Of a stretch of DNA of 32,000 nt, positions 15,306-24,652 are shown piece after piece. The notes below the pieces were generated by a model. That model saw only the letters and a list, made by a program, of their open reading frames with translations, was not told where the DNA came from and made no database searches. This stretch comes from Candidatus Woesearchaeota archaeon (GTDB lineage Archaea > Nanobdellota > Nanobdellia > Woesearchaeales > CALCXY01): the NCBI GenBank assembly GCA_937906345.1, contig CALCXY010000052.1, positions 1 to 32,000 of the forward strand, written 5' to 3'. Numbering within the stretch: the first letter of the stretch is position 1; every line of letters begins with the position of its first letter. A program made the position numbers and the translations under genes.

Positions 15306-17186
15306 TCACGCAAAAAAAGCTTTAATCCTCTCCTCATAATCTTTAGCTAATTCTATACTATCAGCTGGAAAACATTTTGCATAATTCGGCCATGTATACC
15401 TTTCATCTAAATACAAAATAACTCCTCTATCAGTTTCGCTTCTAATACATCTTCCTGCATTTTGTAAAACTTTTGTGATAGCAGGTAAGATATATCCATA
15501 ATCCCATCCTCTGCCAAACTTTTCATTATAATAAGTTATTAATTCCTTTGTCTCAAGATTAGGTCTTCCTAAAGGAATACCTACAATAACAACACACTTT
15601 AAAAAATCTCCAGGTAAATCTATACCCTCTCCAAAGGATCCAGAGGTTACACCCAACAATACAGCACCTGAATTTTTAAATTGTTTAAACTCCTCGAGCA
15701 TAGCAGCTTTTCCTTCCTTTGAGAGTCCTTGCTTTTCAATAATGATACTTTTTTCACTCGCATCCTTAAAAAATAAATACACTTGATCTCGTAAAGAATA
15801 ACTTGGGAAAAACACTGCTGTATTTCCTGGAACAGTTTTACTAATAGTAACAAGAATATCACTTATTTTTTTAAATTCTTGCTGTGTACGTTTAGTATAT
15901 TTAGTAGTTACAGTAGGAACAACCAAACTAATCTTATTTTCCTCTGAAAAAGGATCCTCATATTCTTTTTCAATTGTCCCAAGAGGATATCCTAGCAATT
16001 CACTATACATCTCAGTTGGAGTAAGAGTTCCTGACATTAAGATGCTTGAATGACACTGTTCTAATACTTCCTCAGAAACAAGGGAAGGATCTAAACACTT
16101 GTAATGTAAATTCAAAAACGCTCCTGCTTTCGATTGATCAATAGAAAATATCCTAGCATATCCCTCATCAGGCCCTTTCCAGTTTTGTAAAAAGTTTCCC
16201 ACACTAGAAATAAAACTTTTCTCTTTTTGAGTTTTAAGCATACTTCCATAATATTCACAATCTTCATGAACTTTCTCATACTCTTTAATTTTATTTAAAA
16301 AATCATTCTTATCCACACTTTTTTCATCACCAACATTTAATCCTTGAGCATACCCATTAAGAATATCTTGAATCTCTACTAATGATTCTAAAACTTCATA
16401 ATCATTGTCTCTTGCTTCTGTTACAGCATTTTTCAATATGAAATTACTTAACTTATCTGTATTGAGTTCTTGTAACCTGCTTGGTAAGTTATGACCTTCA
16501 TCAATGATGATAATACAATCCTCTAATCCTTTTCCTATTTTTTCAAAAAAAGTATCTCTGATAGTAGGATGAAAAACATAATAGTAATCAGTAACAATAA
16601 CATTGGCTTTTTTAGCTAATTCAGATGCCATCTCATAAGGGCATAATTTTTTACTAGCACATGTTTCCTTAAGTTTTTCAGATGACATTAACTTTTTTTC
16701 AATTTCTTCAATAAATATTCTCCCTTGAACAGATAAATGCCCATTATTTTTTTCACGAACATTAGTATAATAATCACAACTAGTATCTTCTCTTAAACTT
16801 TTACAATACTCATTAAACTCTGATGAATTTAATCTCTCCACACTTTTTTGCAGACACATCCATTTTTTGCCTATAAAATCTGCAACTATAATATCTGTAT
16901 TGAATTTTTTTTTAATAAGCCCTAAAGTTTCAATAGCAATCATATGTTGAGTATGCCGAGAAGTTAGAAACAAAACAGTTTTATTATTCTTAAGAGCATA
17001 ACTTAACGCAGGACTTAACGCAGCTGCAGTTTTCCCTAATCCTGTTGGTGCATGCACCACAAGATGTTTTCCTTCTTCAACAACTTTCTTTACATCATCC
17101 ATCATCTCCTTTTGAATCTCTCTGACAGTTTCAAAAGGAAATAAGTCTTCTTCAACTTCTTTTTTCTCCATACATTGACCGAACAT
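15306..17186 (-). CDS. xpd: XPD/Rad3-family 5'-3' DNA helicase with 4Fe-4S domain
   Basis: HAPTGLGKT (Walker A) and IIIDEGHNL (DEAH-type). Four Cys fit an FeS cluster (WMCLQK, EYCKSL, TSCDYY, KLCPYE). GRCIRSETDRG is motif VI. The start may be the internal MEKKEV (17171). Confidence 0.9.
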   Translation of the reverse strand: MFGQCMEKKEVEEDLFPFETVREIQKEMMDDVKKVVEEGKHLVVHAPTGLGKTAAALSPALSYALKNNKTVLFLTSRHTQHMIAIETLGLIKKKFNTDIIVADFIGKKWMCLQKSVERLNSSEFNEYCKSLREDTSCDYYTNVREKNNGHLSVQGRIFIEEIEKKLMSSEKLKETCASKKLCPYEMASELAKKANVIVTDYYYVFHPTIRDTFFEKIGKGLEDCIIIIDEGHNLPSRLQELNTDKLSNFILKNAVTEARDNDYEVLESLVEIQDILNGYAQGLNVGDEKSVDKNDFLNKIKEYEKVHEDCEYYGSMLKTQKEKSFISSVGNFLQNWKGPDEGYARIFSIDQSKAGAFLNLHYKCLDPSLVSEEVLEQCHSSILMSGTLTPTEMYSELLGYPLGTIEKEYEDPFSEENKISLVVPTVTTKYTKRTQQEFKKISDILVTISKTVPGNTAVFFPSYSLRDQVYLFFKDASEKSIIIEKQGLSKEGKAAMLEEFKQFKNSGAVLLGVTSGSFGEGIDLPGDFLKCVVIVGIPLGRPNLETKELITYYNEKFGRGWDYGYILPAITKVLQNAGRCIRSETDRGVILYLDERYTWPNYAKCFPADSIELAKDYEERIKAFFA

Positions 17187-17500
17187 GCAGTTGTATATAT
17201 AGTTTATGTTAATAAAACGAAAATAATCTAGAAAAATTAAAATATGATGATCTTATTTTTTTTGTTTATCAAGATAATTTGCTATGTACCATACTACATA
17301 TCTAACGTAAATCTTTATAAATCTTACTCTATTAATATTTCTTAATACAAAATCACTCCTCTAAATAATTAACTCTTGTCACCACTATGGTACAATTATT
17401 ATCGACAAAAAACCAAAACCTTTAAATACCAAATAACCATTCCAAAATATAGTTTTAAAGCAATAAAAGAGGTCTAAAACATTTTATGGGGGGTTCAAAA

Positions 17501-17770
17501 ATGAGCAAAGAGAAAGTTTTCAATGTTTTTTTCAGGGAAAAACCTGCTATGATGTTAATAGGCTTAAAAAACGCCAAAAACCAAATATATGCTTCTTCAT
17601 TAGCAAAACAAATTGACTGCACATATTCGCATGTAGTTAAAATTTTGCAAGAAATGGAAAAAGCAGAGCTTATTCAATTCGATAAGCAAGGTAGATTAAA
17701 GCTATTATCCTTAACAAAAAATGGTTTTGATGTTGCTGATAATATCGAAAAGATTAGAAATATGCTTTAA
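17501..17770 (+). CDS. small winged-helix transcriptional regulator
   Basis: IYASSLAKQIDCTYSHVVKILQEMEKAELIQFDKQGR has an HTH-plus-wing pattern. I prefer the ATG at 17501, which sits 7 nt after a GGGGGG Shine-Dalgarno-like run (17488-17493), over the track start at 17486. Confidence 0.65.
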   Translation: MSKEKVFNVFFREKPAMMLIGLKNAKNQIYASSLAKQIDCTYSHVVKILQEMEKAELIQFDKQGRLKLLSLTKNGFDVADNIEKIRNML

Positions 17771-17773
17771 TTT

Positions 17774-19210
17774 TTATTTTTTTACAATTTTTTTTAGGTG
17801 TTCTTGAGCAGCTTGAATAAATTCTTCTTCTTTATCAACTGGAACAATTGCTCCAGCAGCATGTTTATGTCCTCCAAATTCTCCACCAATACCTTTTAGA
17901 ATTTCTTTCATAATTGTTCTCAAATTAATATCTTCTTTACGTTGTGATGTTCTAAATGAAATTTTACTTTGTTGTTGATCATCTCTTCCCATAATAATAA
18001 TATATTCATATTCCTTAAAATCAGGCGACTTTGATAATATAGAACTAACTGTCCCTATAATTGATGTTCGAATTGCATGTTTTGCATTTATTAAAAGTAA
18101 CTTATCCCCTTTTATGATATCTTCCCCTAATTTATTTTTATAAATAAGATCTAATGATTCCATTAACTCAATTTTATAATTCTTCAAGAGAGTTTGTGCT
18201 TTTTTCTTAGCTTTTTTACTTCCTAAACAAATTCCAATTCCAATAGAAGGCTTATCTAATCTTCCACATGCATTTAAGAGTGTGGAAAATTCTTTGGCAT
18301 TATAAAACAAAGAATCTTTTGCCTCATTAGCAAGCAAATAGGTCTCTCCAAAAACATCTTCTGGATTTTTTTCATTTTCTCGTTTAAGAATGATTCCAGT
18401 TATTAAGGTTCTTTCTTCTTTTGGAGATAATTGTGCAAGTGTTTTCCATCTTCCATTAAGTTTAGGATTTATTCCTAAGTCATGTAAAAACTGGATTGAT
18501 CCAGATTCTGAATTAGTCACACCAGGTATCCTCATATCATTACTTAATTCTAAAGTTTTATGCAATGGCCTAGTTTGACTGCCAAATAATTTAAGACCTT
18601 TTTTAATGATAAGTTTTTTAGATGCAATAGCATCTTTTAAAATAATCTCATTGAGATCTGAAAATCCATTATTTTCTTGAGCATCTCCTATAGCTCCTAT
18701 TAAAGCAAGAAACGCACTATCTTTATTTTTACCATCTAAAGCTTTTGCAACTAAGTAACTCACACCTGCACCAGAGATGCTGGTCCCTCCATCTATGTTA
18801 AAGTGATGAGGATTCACATGATAAATACTATTCTCCTCATTTTCGATATGATGATGATCAATTACAAATATTTTTCTTTTTTCTAAATATTTTTTGATAA
18901 GAGTAATCTGCCCTGATCCAAGATCTAGAAATATATTATAAAAATAATCCTCCTTAGCTAATGTTTTGAGAGTTTCCTCATTAAGCTGAGGAACAATAGA
19001 TAAAGAAAATTTATAACCTTCCCGAGTAAGAGCTTTTATCATAATAGATGCAGCACAAATACCATCTGCATCTAAATGAGTAATAATTCTCACTATTTGC
19101 TTTTTATCTAATTCCTTAAGAGACAGAGCTATCTCACTAATCTTAGCAAGGAATGCATCTATCTTACTCTGTGTAGAGTCTGATACTCTTTGAATCGTAT
19201 TTCCAGTCAA
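17774..19210 (-). CDS. archaeal RecJ/GAN-like DHH-family phosphoesterase/nuclease
   Basis: THLDADGICAAS, VIDHHH and GAIGDAQ are DHH motifs. GGHKHAAGA is the DHHA1 motif. It lies directly downstream of uS15 with a 47-nt overlap. Confidence 0.85.
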   Translation of the reverse strand: MTGNTIQRVSDSTQSKIDAFLAKISEIALSLKELDKKQIVRIITHLDADGICAASIMIKALTREGYKFSLSIVPQLNEETLKTLAKEDYFYNIFLDLGSGQITLIKKYLEKRKIFVIDHHHIENEENSIYHVNPHHFNIDGGTSISGAGVSYLVAKALDGKNKDSAFLALIGAIGDAQENNGFSDLNEIILKDAIASKKLIIKKGLKLFGSQTRPLHKTLELSNDMRIPGVTNSESGSIQFLHDLGINPKLNGRWKTLAQLSPKEERTLITGIILKRENEKNPEDVFGETYLLANEAKDSLFYNAKEFSTLLNACGRLDKPSIGIGICLGSKKAKKKAQTLLKNYKIELMESLDLIYKNKLGEDIIKGDKLLLINAKHAIRTSIIGTVSSILSKSPDFKEYEYIIIMGRDDQQQSKISFRTSQRKEDINLRTIMKEILKGIGGEFGGHKHAAGAIVPVDKEEEFIQAAQEHLKKIVKK

Positions 19211-19619
19211 TAGGAAGTTTTTTGATCTTCTTGTAATACTTTACAAGTCGTTTGATTTTGGATTGAGTTAATTGTAATCCTCGTAAACTAGATTTGTCTT
19301 GTCGATTGCTATTAAAGTGATTTTCTAATCTAACAAGTTTTTTCATTAATGCCATAAGATCCTCTGGCAACTCAGGTGCCATTTTTTTCTCTTGTAAAAT
19401 CCCAAGAATAGTTTTCTTAGTAATGGTTTTTACATCTGGGACTCCATAAGCATCTCGTAAAAGAGTTCCAATTTGTGATGTAGATTTTCCTTCTTTTGCA
19501 AGTTTCACAACTAGTAACTCAATCTCTTTATCTTTATACCGTAACCATAAGGGTTTTGTTTTTAGACTAGGTTTTCTTGAACCTGATTTTCCTCGTGCTC
19601 TTGAATGCATCTTTGCCAT
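19164..19619 (-). CDS. rps15: 30S ribosomal protein uS15 (archaeal S15P/S13e type)
   Basis: MAKMHSRARGKSGS... is a typical N-terminus. GAGGTG lies about 13 nt upstream of this ATG. The track start at 19631 adds 4 unlikely codons. Confidence 0.9.
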   Translation of the reverse strand: MAKMHSRARGKSGSRKPSLKTKPLWLRYKDKEIELLVVKLAKEGKSTSQIGTLLRDAYGVPDVKTITKKTILGILQEKKMAPELPEDLMALMKKLVRLENHFNSNRQDKSSLRGLQLTQSKIKRLVKYYKKIKKLPIDWKYDSKSIRLYTE

Positions 19620-19818
19620 TTTAATATACACCTCGTTCTGATTTGAGATTTTGGAGAATTAACTGTTCTCTCCAGCATAACCCAGCATCACCAAGTTACC
19701 TCTCGAATACAATAGGGAAGTGTTTTATCATTTATAAAGCTACTGTTTATGAGGGAAATTAATTAAGGAGTTATAATTTTAACAATAAATTTAAATACCT
19801 TCAATAATATGAAAATAT

Positions 19819-20112
19819 ATGATAAATCTTATAACATTTTTTATTGTGTTTATACTACTTTTTTTGGTAACTTTCTTCATTTATTTTAAAAAATCAAAAG
19901 AACTCATTCTGTACCATCATCATTCATTAATTGTGGATATCATAGCATGTTTGGCTGGAATATTAATTATTTATTTTGGATATTTTTTCTCTGAGTTATC
20001 TAATCCTAATATGTTAATTATCTGGATTCAAATTATAATAGGAATTGGTCTTTTTAACATCCATTTAGTTCGATATATAATTCGAATAATGATTCCCCAA
20101 AAAAAGATCTAA
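19819..20112 (+). CDS. small hydrophobic membrane protein (97 aa), hypothetical
   Basis: About three predicted TM helices. No homolog recognised. Confidence 0.4.
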   Translation: MINLITFFIVFILLFLVTFFIYFKKSKELILYHHHSLIVDIIACLAGILIIYFGYFFSELSNPNMLIIWIQIIIGIGLFNIHLVRYIIRIMIPQKKI

Positions 20113-20584
20113 CCCTCCATTTTTAATTTCTTTTTTCTAAAATAAGTTATGGCTACATAGAGTAAAAAATAAATCAAAAAAGCCATTATCAGAGCAATAA
20201 TGAAACCTCCAATATAAATCTGTTTGGCAATGTATTTAATGTCGTGAGATGTAATCGGAAGAGTAACTCCTACATTATTGCCAACTATAAAACTTCCCAA
20301 TTTATAATGCAAAAAGTATATAAAAGAACTATTTAAGGGGTTTACTAAAAGTGTACCTAAATAAGTTGATACCAAATTAAGCTTTTTTTCCAGGCTATGA
20401 ACAAAGATAAAAACATTCCAATACTAAAAGTAGGAATTATTGAAAAAAATGCACCAATCGCAACTCCTTGAGCAATTTGGTGAGGGGATGTATTTGACGT
20501 GAATATGAGTAAAATAATATCCTTAAGTGTATGTTTTTTGAAATAATTTTTTAAATGCTTATATTTTTTAATTAATGTTTTCAT
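20109..20584 (-). pseudogene. DUF2062-family membrane protein interrupted by a frameshift at an A7 run (T7 on plus strand, 20383-20389)
   Basis: ORFs 20357..20584 and 20109..20375 overlap in different frames. Changing the run length by one nt joins ...FSIGMFLSLFIAWKK to KLNLVSTYLGTLLVNPLNS..., giving a ~160-aa protein with the DUF2062-like SPHQIAQGVAIGAF...NP pattern. Confidence 0.6.
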
Positions 20585-20688
20585 ATAAAATTTATTTACT
20601 TTTTCCTTTTATAAATGTGATATATAATTCATAAATTTTTAAAGAAAGAACCAAAAATCATATATAGAATACTCTATTCTCGATATCT

Positions 20689-21246
20689 ATGGCAGTCCTA
20701 TCAGACAGAGATATTAAAGCATCTATCAACTCAGGAAAACTTAAAATCCAGCCGTATCATGAAGATGCAGTAGGGCCATGTTCTTTAGACCTTTCCTTAG
20801 GAACAAGTTTTAGAATATTCAAAAACTCAGATCATACACATATTGATCCAAAGGAAGGCATCCCCGATGATATTATGGAATTAACAACTAAAGAAACAGA
20901 ACCTTTTATAATCCATCCAGGAGAATTTGTATTAGCTTCAACAATGGAAAAAGTTACCATTCCTAATAATCTAATTGCACGATTAGAAGGAAGATCTTCT
21001 TGGGGAAGATTAGGCATTGTTATACATTCAACTGCTGGAAAAATAGATCCAGGATTTGAAGGAAACATAACTCTAGAAGTAGCAAACCTTTCTAATCTTC
21101 CAGTCTCACTCCATCCTGGAACAAAGATAGCACAACTTACTTTTGAAACACTCTTAAGCCCTTCTGAAAAACCTTACAATAAGTATGAAAAAGCTAAATA
21201 CATGCACGAAAAAGAACCAAGTGTGAGTAGGATTAGTAAAGAATAA
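20689..21246 (+). CDS. dcd: dCTP deaminase (Dcd family)
   Basis: MAVLSDRDIK..., LEGRSSWGRLGI, IDPGFEGNITLE and AQL are characteristic Dcd/dUTPase-fold blocks. Confidence 0.9.
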   Translation: MAVLSDRDIKASINSGKLKIQPYHEDAVGPCSLDLSLGTSFRIFKNSDHTHIDPKEGIPDDIMELTTKETEPFIIHPGEFVLASTMEKVTIPNNLIARLEGRSSWGRLGIVIHSTAGKIDPGFEGNITLEVANLSNLPVSLHPGTKIAQLTFETLLSPSEKPYNKYEKAKYMHEKEPSVSRISKE

Positions 21247-21251
21247 AAAAA

Positions 21252-21348
21252 TAGCCCCGAGCGGATTCGAACCGCTGTCCATGCCTCCAAAGGGCACGAT
21301 GATTGACCACTACACTCCGCAGACCTTAATTAGATCTTCTACGGGGCT
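21252..21348 (-). tRNA. tRNA-Gln: tRNA-Gln(UUG) with a 24-nt intron between positions 8 and 9 (intron 21317-21340)
   Basis: On the minus strand, the acceptor AGCCCCG/CGGGGCU has A73 and the A1-U72 pair typical of archaeal tRNA-Gln. The D arm is GUGU-AGUGGUCAA-UCAU. The anticodon arm is GUGCC-CUUUGGA-GGCAU (anticodon 21288-21290). The T arm is AGCGG-UUCGAAU-CCGCU. No CCA is encoded, and an oligo-T tract follows the 3' end. Confidence 0.8.
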
Positions 21349-21378
21349 ATTACTCGAATCCGCCTAATAGGCTAAAAA

Positions 21379-22110
21379 TTAGAATAGATCGTTTGTATAT
21401 AAATTTAATGCTTCTATCCTAGATTTTAAAGATGATTTTGGAATATAATATCCAAATTTATCCCAAAAAAGATATTTAGAAAAATGTACAGGGTTTTTTG
21501 GAGATATTAATTCCATCCATTTTTCAAGATTTTCAGTACCTGATAATTGATATATGAGAAGAACAAATTTTCTACCTTGACTCCATTTTCCATAATTAAA
21601 ACCTAATTTTTCAAATAAATATTTTAATTGATTTGAAAATGTTGAAGGAGTGAAACCTAATTCTAATCTTGGATAATAATTATATGATTTAGATTGTTTA
21701 GAAAATTTTAAACATCCATCTGTATCAAATAAACCTCTAAGGAAAGGAGGGTATAACTTTTTATTTTTCAAGATAAATAAAGGAATTTTCGCATTTTTTT
21801 TGTTCCCTCTTATTAAACCAATTTCATTTATTAAGAAATCAATAATGGGTTTAGAATAAAAATAAATGTAATAAGCATTCCGATCTTTTCTTTTTTTTAA
21901 TTTAGGTATAATATTAAACAGTTCAACAATCAAAGGAATAACATGATACTTATAATAATAAATATCTTCCAAACTTCCTACGATTGTAACTCTATTATAT
22001 TCTAAATGTATATTTCCATCTCCTAAAACAATTCCAATAAATTCAACCAACTTTGCACTTTTAGGAGGAATTCTGATTTTTTTTAAATTTCCTTTATTAT
22101 ATTTTTTCAT
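21379..22110 (-). CDS. free-standing double-motif LAGLIDADG homing-endonuclease-like protein
   Basis: LVEFIGIVLGDGNI is motif 1 and FLRGLFDTDGCLKF is motif 2. The gene ends 30 nt upstream of the tRNA-Gln on the same strand. Confidence 0.85.
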   Translation of the reverse strand: MKKYNKGNLKKIRIPPKSAKLVEFIGIVLGDGNIHLEYNRVTIVGSLEDIYYYKYHVIPLIVELFNIIPKLKKRKDRNAYYIYFYSKPIIDFLINEIGLIRGNKKNAKIPLFILKNKKLYPPFLRGLFDTDGCLKFSKQSKSYNYYPRLELGFTPSTFSNQLKYLFEKLGFNYGKWSQGRKFVLLIYQLSGTENLEKWMELISPKNPVHFSKYLFWDKFGYYIPKSSLKSRIEALNLYTNDLF

Positions 22111-22293
22111 TTTAAATCACATTTTATCTACTATTAAATTATCTAATTGATTTTTAAGTTCTACTATGACTTGTCTAGTGGAAGTGGAAAGATTTTCGAG
22201 AATGAGTCTCTATTATCGGAAAGATTTCGAAAATAATTCTTTAATAATTGAATTTCTTTAAAGATTTAAAATTTAGAAAAAATTAAATGAAAT

Positions 22294-23022
22294 TTATTTA
22301 AACATCTCCAACGCTTCTTCTTCCATAAAATGTACCTTCCCAGGTATAATTAAACAGTAAGGTGCTTTTCCAAACTCCTCTTTAACTAATTCAGAAGCTT
22401 TTCCACTTTTTACAAAATAATCCTTAGAACCTAATCGTGCACATCCAACACAAATCTGATTTTTAGCTAAACCCTTAGCCATGAGATACTCTAGTGCATC
22501 CCCAATACTCAAAAACTTTCCAGATAAAGGTTCTAAATCAAGTAAAAACAAAGTATGCAATCCCATTTTTTGATTCTGTTTTAAAACATTAATAGGCTCC
22601 TCAACATTACTATTATCAAAAGGAATTGAAGTAACTTTTCCAAATTTATAAAGTTGCAAACCAGTAACTCCAACAGCTGTTAATACAGACGCATTATTAA
22701 TAACCAAAACCTTTACACCTTTTTTACTAGCTTCACTAAGATACGTATGATGTGTAGTAGCTGAAAAAATATCTCCTACAATTAACAAAGCAACATCTTT
22801 TTTCTTAGCCTCATCTAAAATCCTCTCCTGCCCATTTTCAATCATATCCCTTCCAGCCTGAGTAATTTTCTTACCATAAAACTTCTCCAACTTCGCAACA
22901 GAAACAGAAAGCAAAGAAGTATAACTCTCCAAATACACTTTTTTACATTTCTTAACTGCTTCTAAACCCTTAACAGTTATATCTTTCTCATCTGATAATC
23001 CTATTCCTATTATGTATAGCAT
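22294..23022 (-). CDS. dphB: diphthine synthase (DphB/Dph5)
   Basis: MLYIIGIGLSDEKDITVKGLEAVK..., LLIVGDIFSATTH, LHTLFLLD and PYCLIIPGKVHFMEEEAL are characteristic. I prefer the start at Met21 of the track ORF. Confidence 0.9.
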   Translation of the reverse strand: MLYIIGIGLSDEKDITVKGLEAVKKCKKVYLESYTSLLSVSVAKLEKFYGKKITQAGRDMIENGQERILDEAKKKDVALLIVGDIFSATTHHTYLSEASKKGVKVLVINNASVLTAVGVTGLQLYKFGKVTSIPFDNSNVEEPINVLKQNQKMGLHTLFLLDLEPLSGKFLSIGDALEYLMAKGLAKNQICVGCARLGSKDYFVKSGKASELVKEEFGKAPYCLIIPGKVHFMEEEALEMFK

Positions 23023-23100
23023 AATTATTCTAGTTATCTGTGCATTTTTAAAACTTCCTACACCAATAATTATATAAAACAAAGATTCTATAATAAAGCA

Positions 23101-23475
23101 ATGAAAAAAAAGATCATTATCATAATAATCATAGTCATTCTTATTTTTTTAGGTTTTAAGCTTTATATCAAATATCAATCATCTACTAATCTTTGCTTCG
23201 AAGCCATGTGGGTAGGAGAGCATATGGAAACTGGTGAATGCAAAGCCTTTTCAGCTATTTGTCCAAGGGCTCCAAGTCAAAAGAATTATGTTAAAGGAAG
23301 TGAAAAATGTGGATTTATAAAGGCAATGGCAATACTTCAAAACACTACTCTAATTACCCAATTGTGTGATAATCTTAATGAAGAAACTAAACCTAAAGTA
23401 TTTTCACATTATAACATTAATTCTTGTGAAGAAATAGAAAAAATCCATAAAAACATGAAAGAAGTTAAATCTTAA
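23101..23475 (+). CDS. hypothetical membrane-anchored/secreted Cys-containing protein (124 aa)
   Basis: N-terminal KKK plus a hydrophobic helix, with six Cys in the remainder. No family recognised. Confidence 0.45.
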   Translation: MKKKIIIIIIIVILIFLGFKLYIKYQSSTNLCFEAMWVGEHMETGECKAFSAICPRAPSQKNYVKGSEKCGFIKAMAILQNTTLITQLCDNLNEETKPKVFSHYNINSCEEIEKIHKNMKEVKS

Positions 23476-23995
23476 TCTTATCCAAAACCATCTCCACAAC
23501 TTTGATAGCTGGAATAGTTGTAGTATCAATCCATAAATCATAATTATTCTTATCTTTATAATCAATTCCATACAGTTTCTTATAACGAAACTCATCACTT
23601 TTCTTCCTTTCTTTAATCTTTTCAACTCCATAGGCAATATCTTTATACTTTTCATGCTCTCTAGCTTGCAAAGAGATTCTTTTAGCACCTTCATCAACTG
23701 TAACATCTAAAAAAACCTTAAAACTGTTTGGAATAAAATGAAACGCAGTCCTACCAACTGCAACCACATTATCCTCTTCTTTACCAATTTTAACAAGTTT
23801 ATCATCAACAATTTTATCTGTTTCTCCATTCTCTTCATCTTGTTTATTCAACTCAGCTAAACTTATCCCTCGTTCTTCAGCAATTTTACGACGAATATCT
23901 CCCATAACATAATATTTAAAACCTAATTTCTTAGCCAATAATTCAGCAACTGTATTCTTTCCAGAGCCTGGATTCCCACTTATGGTTATTATCAT
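23465..23995 (-). CDS. cmk: archaeal-type cytidylate (CMP) kinase
   Basis: MIITISGNPGSGKNTVAELLAKKLGFKY...IAEERGISLAEL closely resembles archaeal Cmk N-termini. I prefer the start at the internal Met. Confidence 0.8.
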   Translation of the reverse strand: MIITISGNPGSGKNTVAELLAKKLGFKYYVMGDIRRKIAEERGISLAELNKQDEENGETDKIVDDKLVKIGKEEDNVVAVGRTAFHFIPNSFKVFLDVTVDEGAKRISLQAREHEKYKDIAYGVEKIKERKKSDEFRYKKLYGIDYKDKNNYDLWIDTTTIPAIKVVEMVLDKIKI

Positions 23996-24047
23996 AAAAA
24001 AAACCAGAGCAACAATATTTATAAACCTATTGTTACACAAACCCAAT

Positions 24048-24650
24048 ATGAAAAAGTGGGGCCATGATGATAAAATATTGCAATTTATCTTTCTCTATAT
24101 TATTTTTTTTGGCTGGCTATCTTTAATTAAAGATAATACTGAATTTTTTTATTATAGCATAGTAGCTTTATTAGCATTAGTTGTTCTTTTTTTCCTTCAT
24201 AAACGTGTAAGATTTCCTTTATTACTTCTTGTTTCATTAGCACTATGGGGTGCACTCCATTTTATAGGAGGATTAGTCCATATAGAAGGAGTGGTAATAT
24301 ATGAATTAACTTGGTTTGGTTTAGGATATGATAATTATATTCATTTAGTCTCCTCATTTATTGTAACAATCATTGCATATTCATTATTAGAACCTGGTTT
24401 AAATAAAAAAATTAAAGGGAGAAAAATCTATTTAGGAATATTATTAGGATTAATAGGTTTTGGAGTTGCAGCAGTTGGTGAAATTGTAGAGTTAGCAGGA
24501 GTTATTTTTTTAGGCAATGCAGGTGTAGGAGATTATCTTAATAACGCAATTGATCTAGTTTTTAATGGATTAGGAGCTACATTAGCAAGTATTTTAATAG
24601 TTCGCCATCATCATAAGAAAGATTTAATAAAGGTTAAGTCTAAGAAATAA
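24048..24650 (+). CDS. polytopic membrane protein, family uncertain
   Basis: Five or six hydrophobic helices. I prefer the start at MKKWGHDD, which avoids overlap with cmk. Confidence 0.55.
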   Translation: MKKWGHDDKILQFIFLYIIFFGWLSLIKDNTEFFYYSIVALLALVVLFFLHKRVRFPLLLLVSLALWGALHFIGGLVHIEGVVIYELTWFGLGYDNYIHLVSSFIVTIIAYSLLEPGLNKKIKGRKIYLGILLGLIGFGVAAVGEIVELAGVIFLGNAGVGDYLNNAIDLVFNGLGATLASILIVRHHHKKDLIKVKSKK

Positions 24651-24652
24651 CC

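Noticed and set aside
19632-19740. Relatively GC-rich ~90-nt leader upstream of uS15 as a C/D-box sRNA or riboswitch
   Set aside because: Only a partial C-box-like GUGAUGC and a short GGAGA/UCUCC hairpin are present. There is no D box in the right orientation and no terminal stem. It is more simply the 5' UTR of the ribosomal protein gene with its GAGGTG Shine-Dalgarno.
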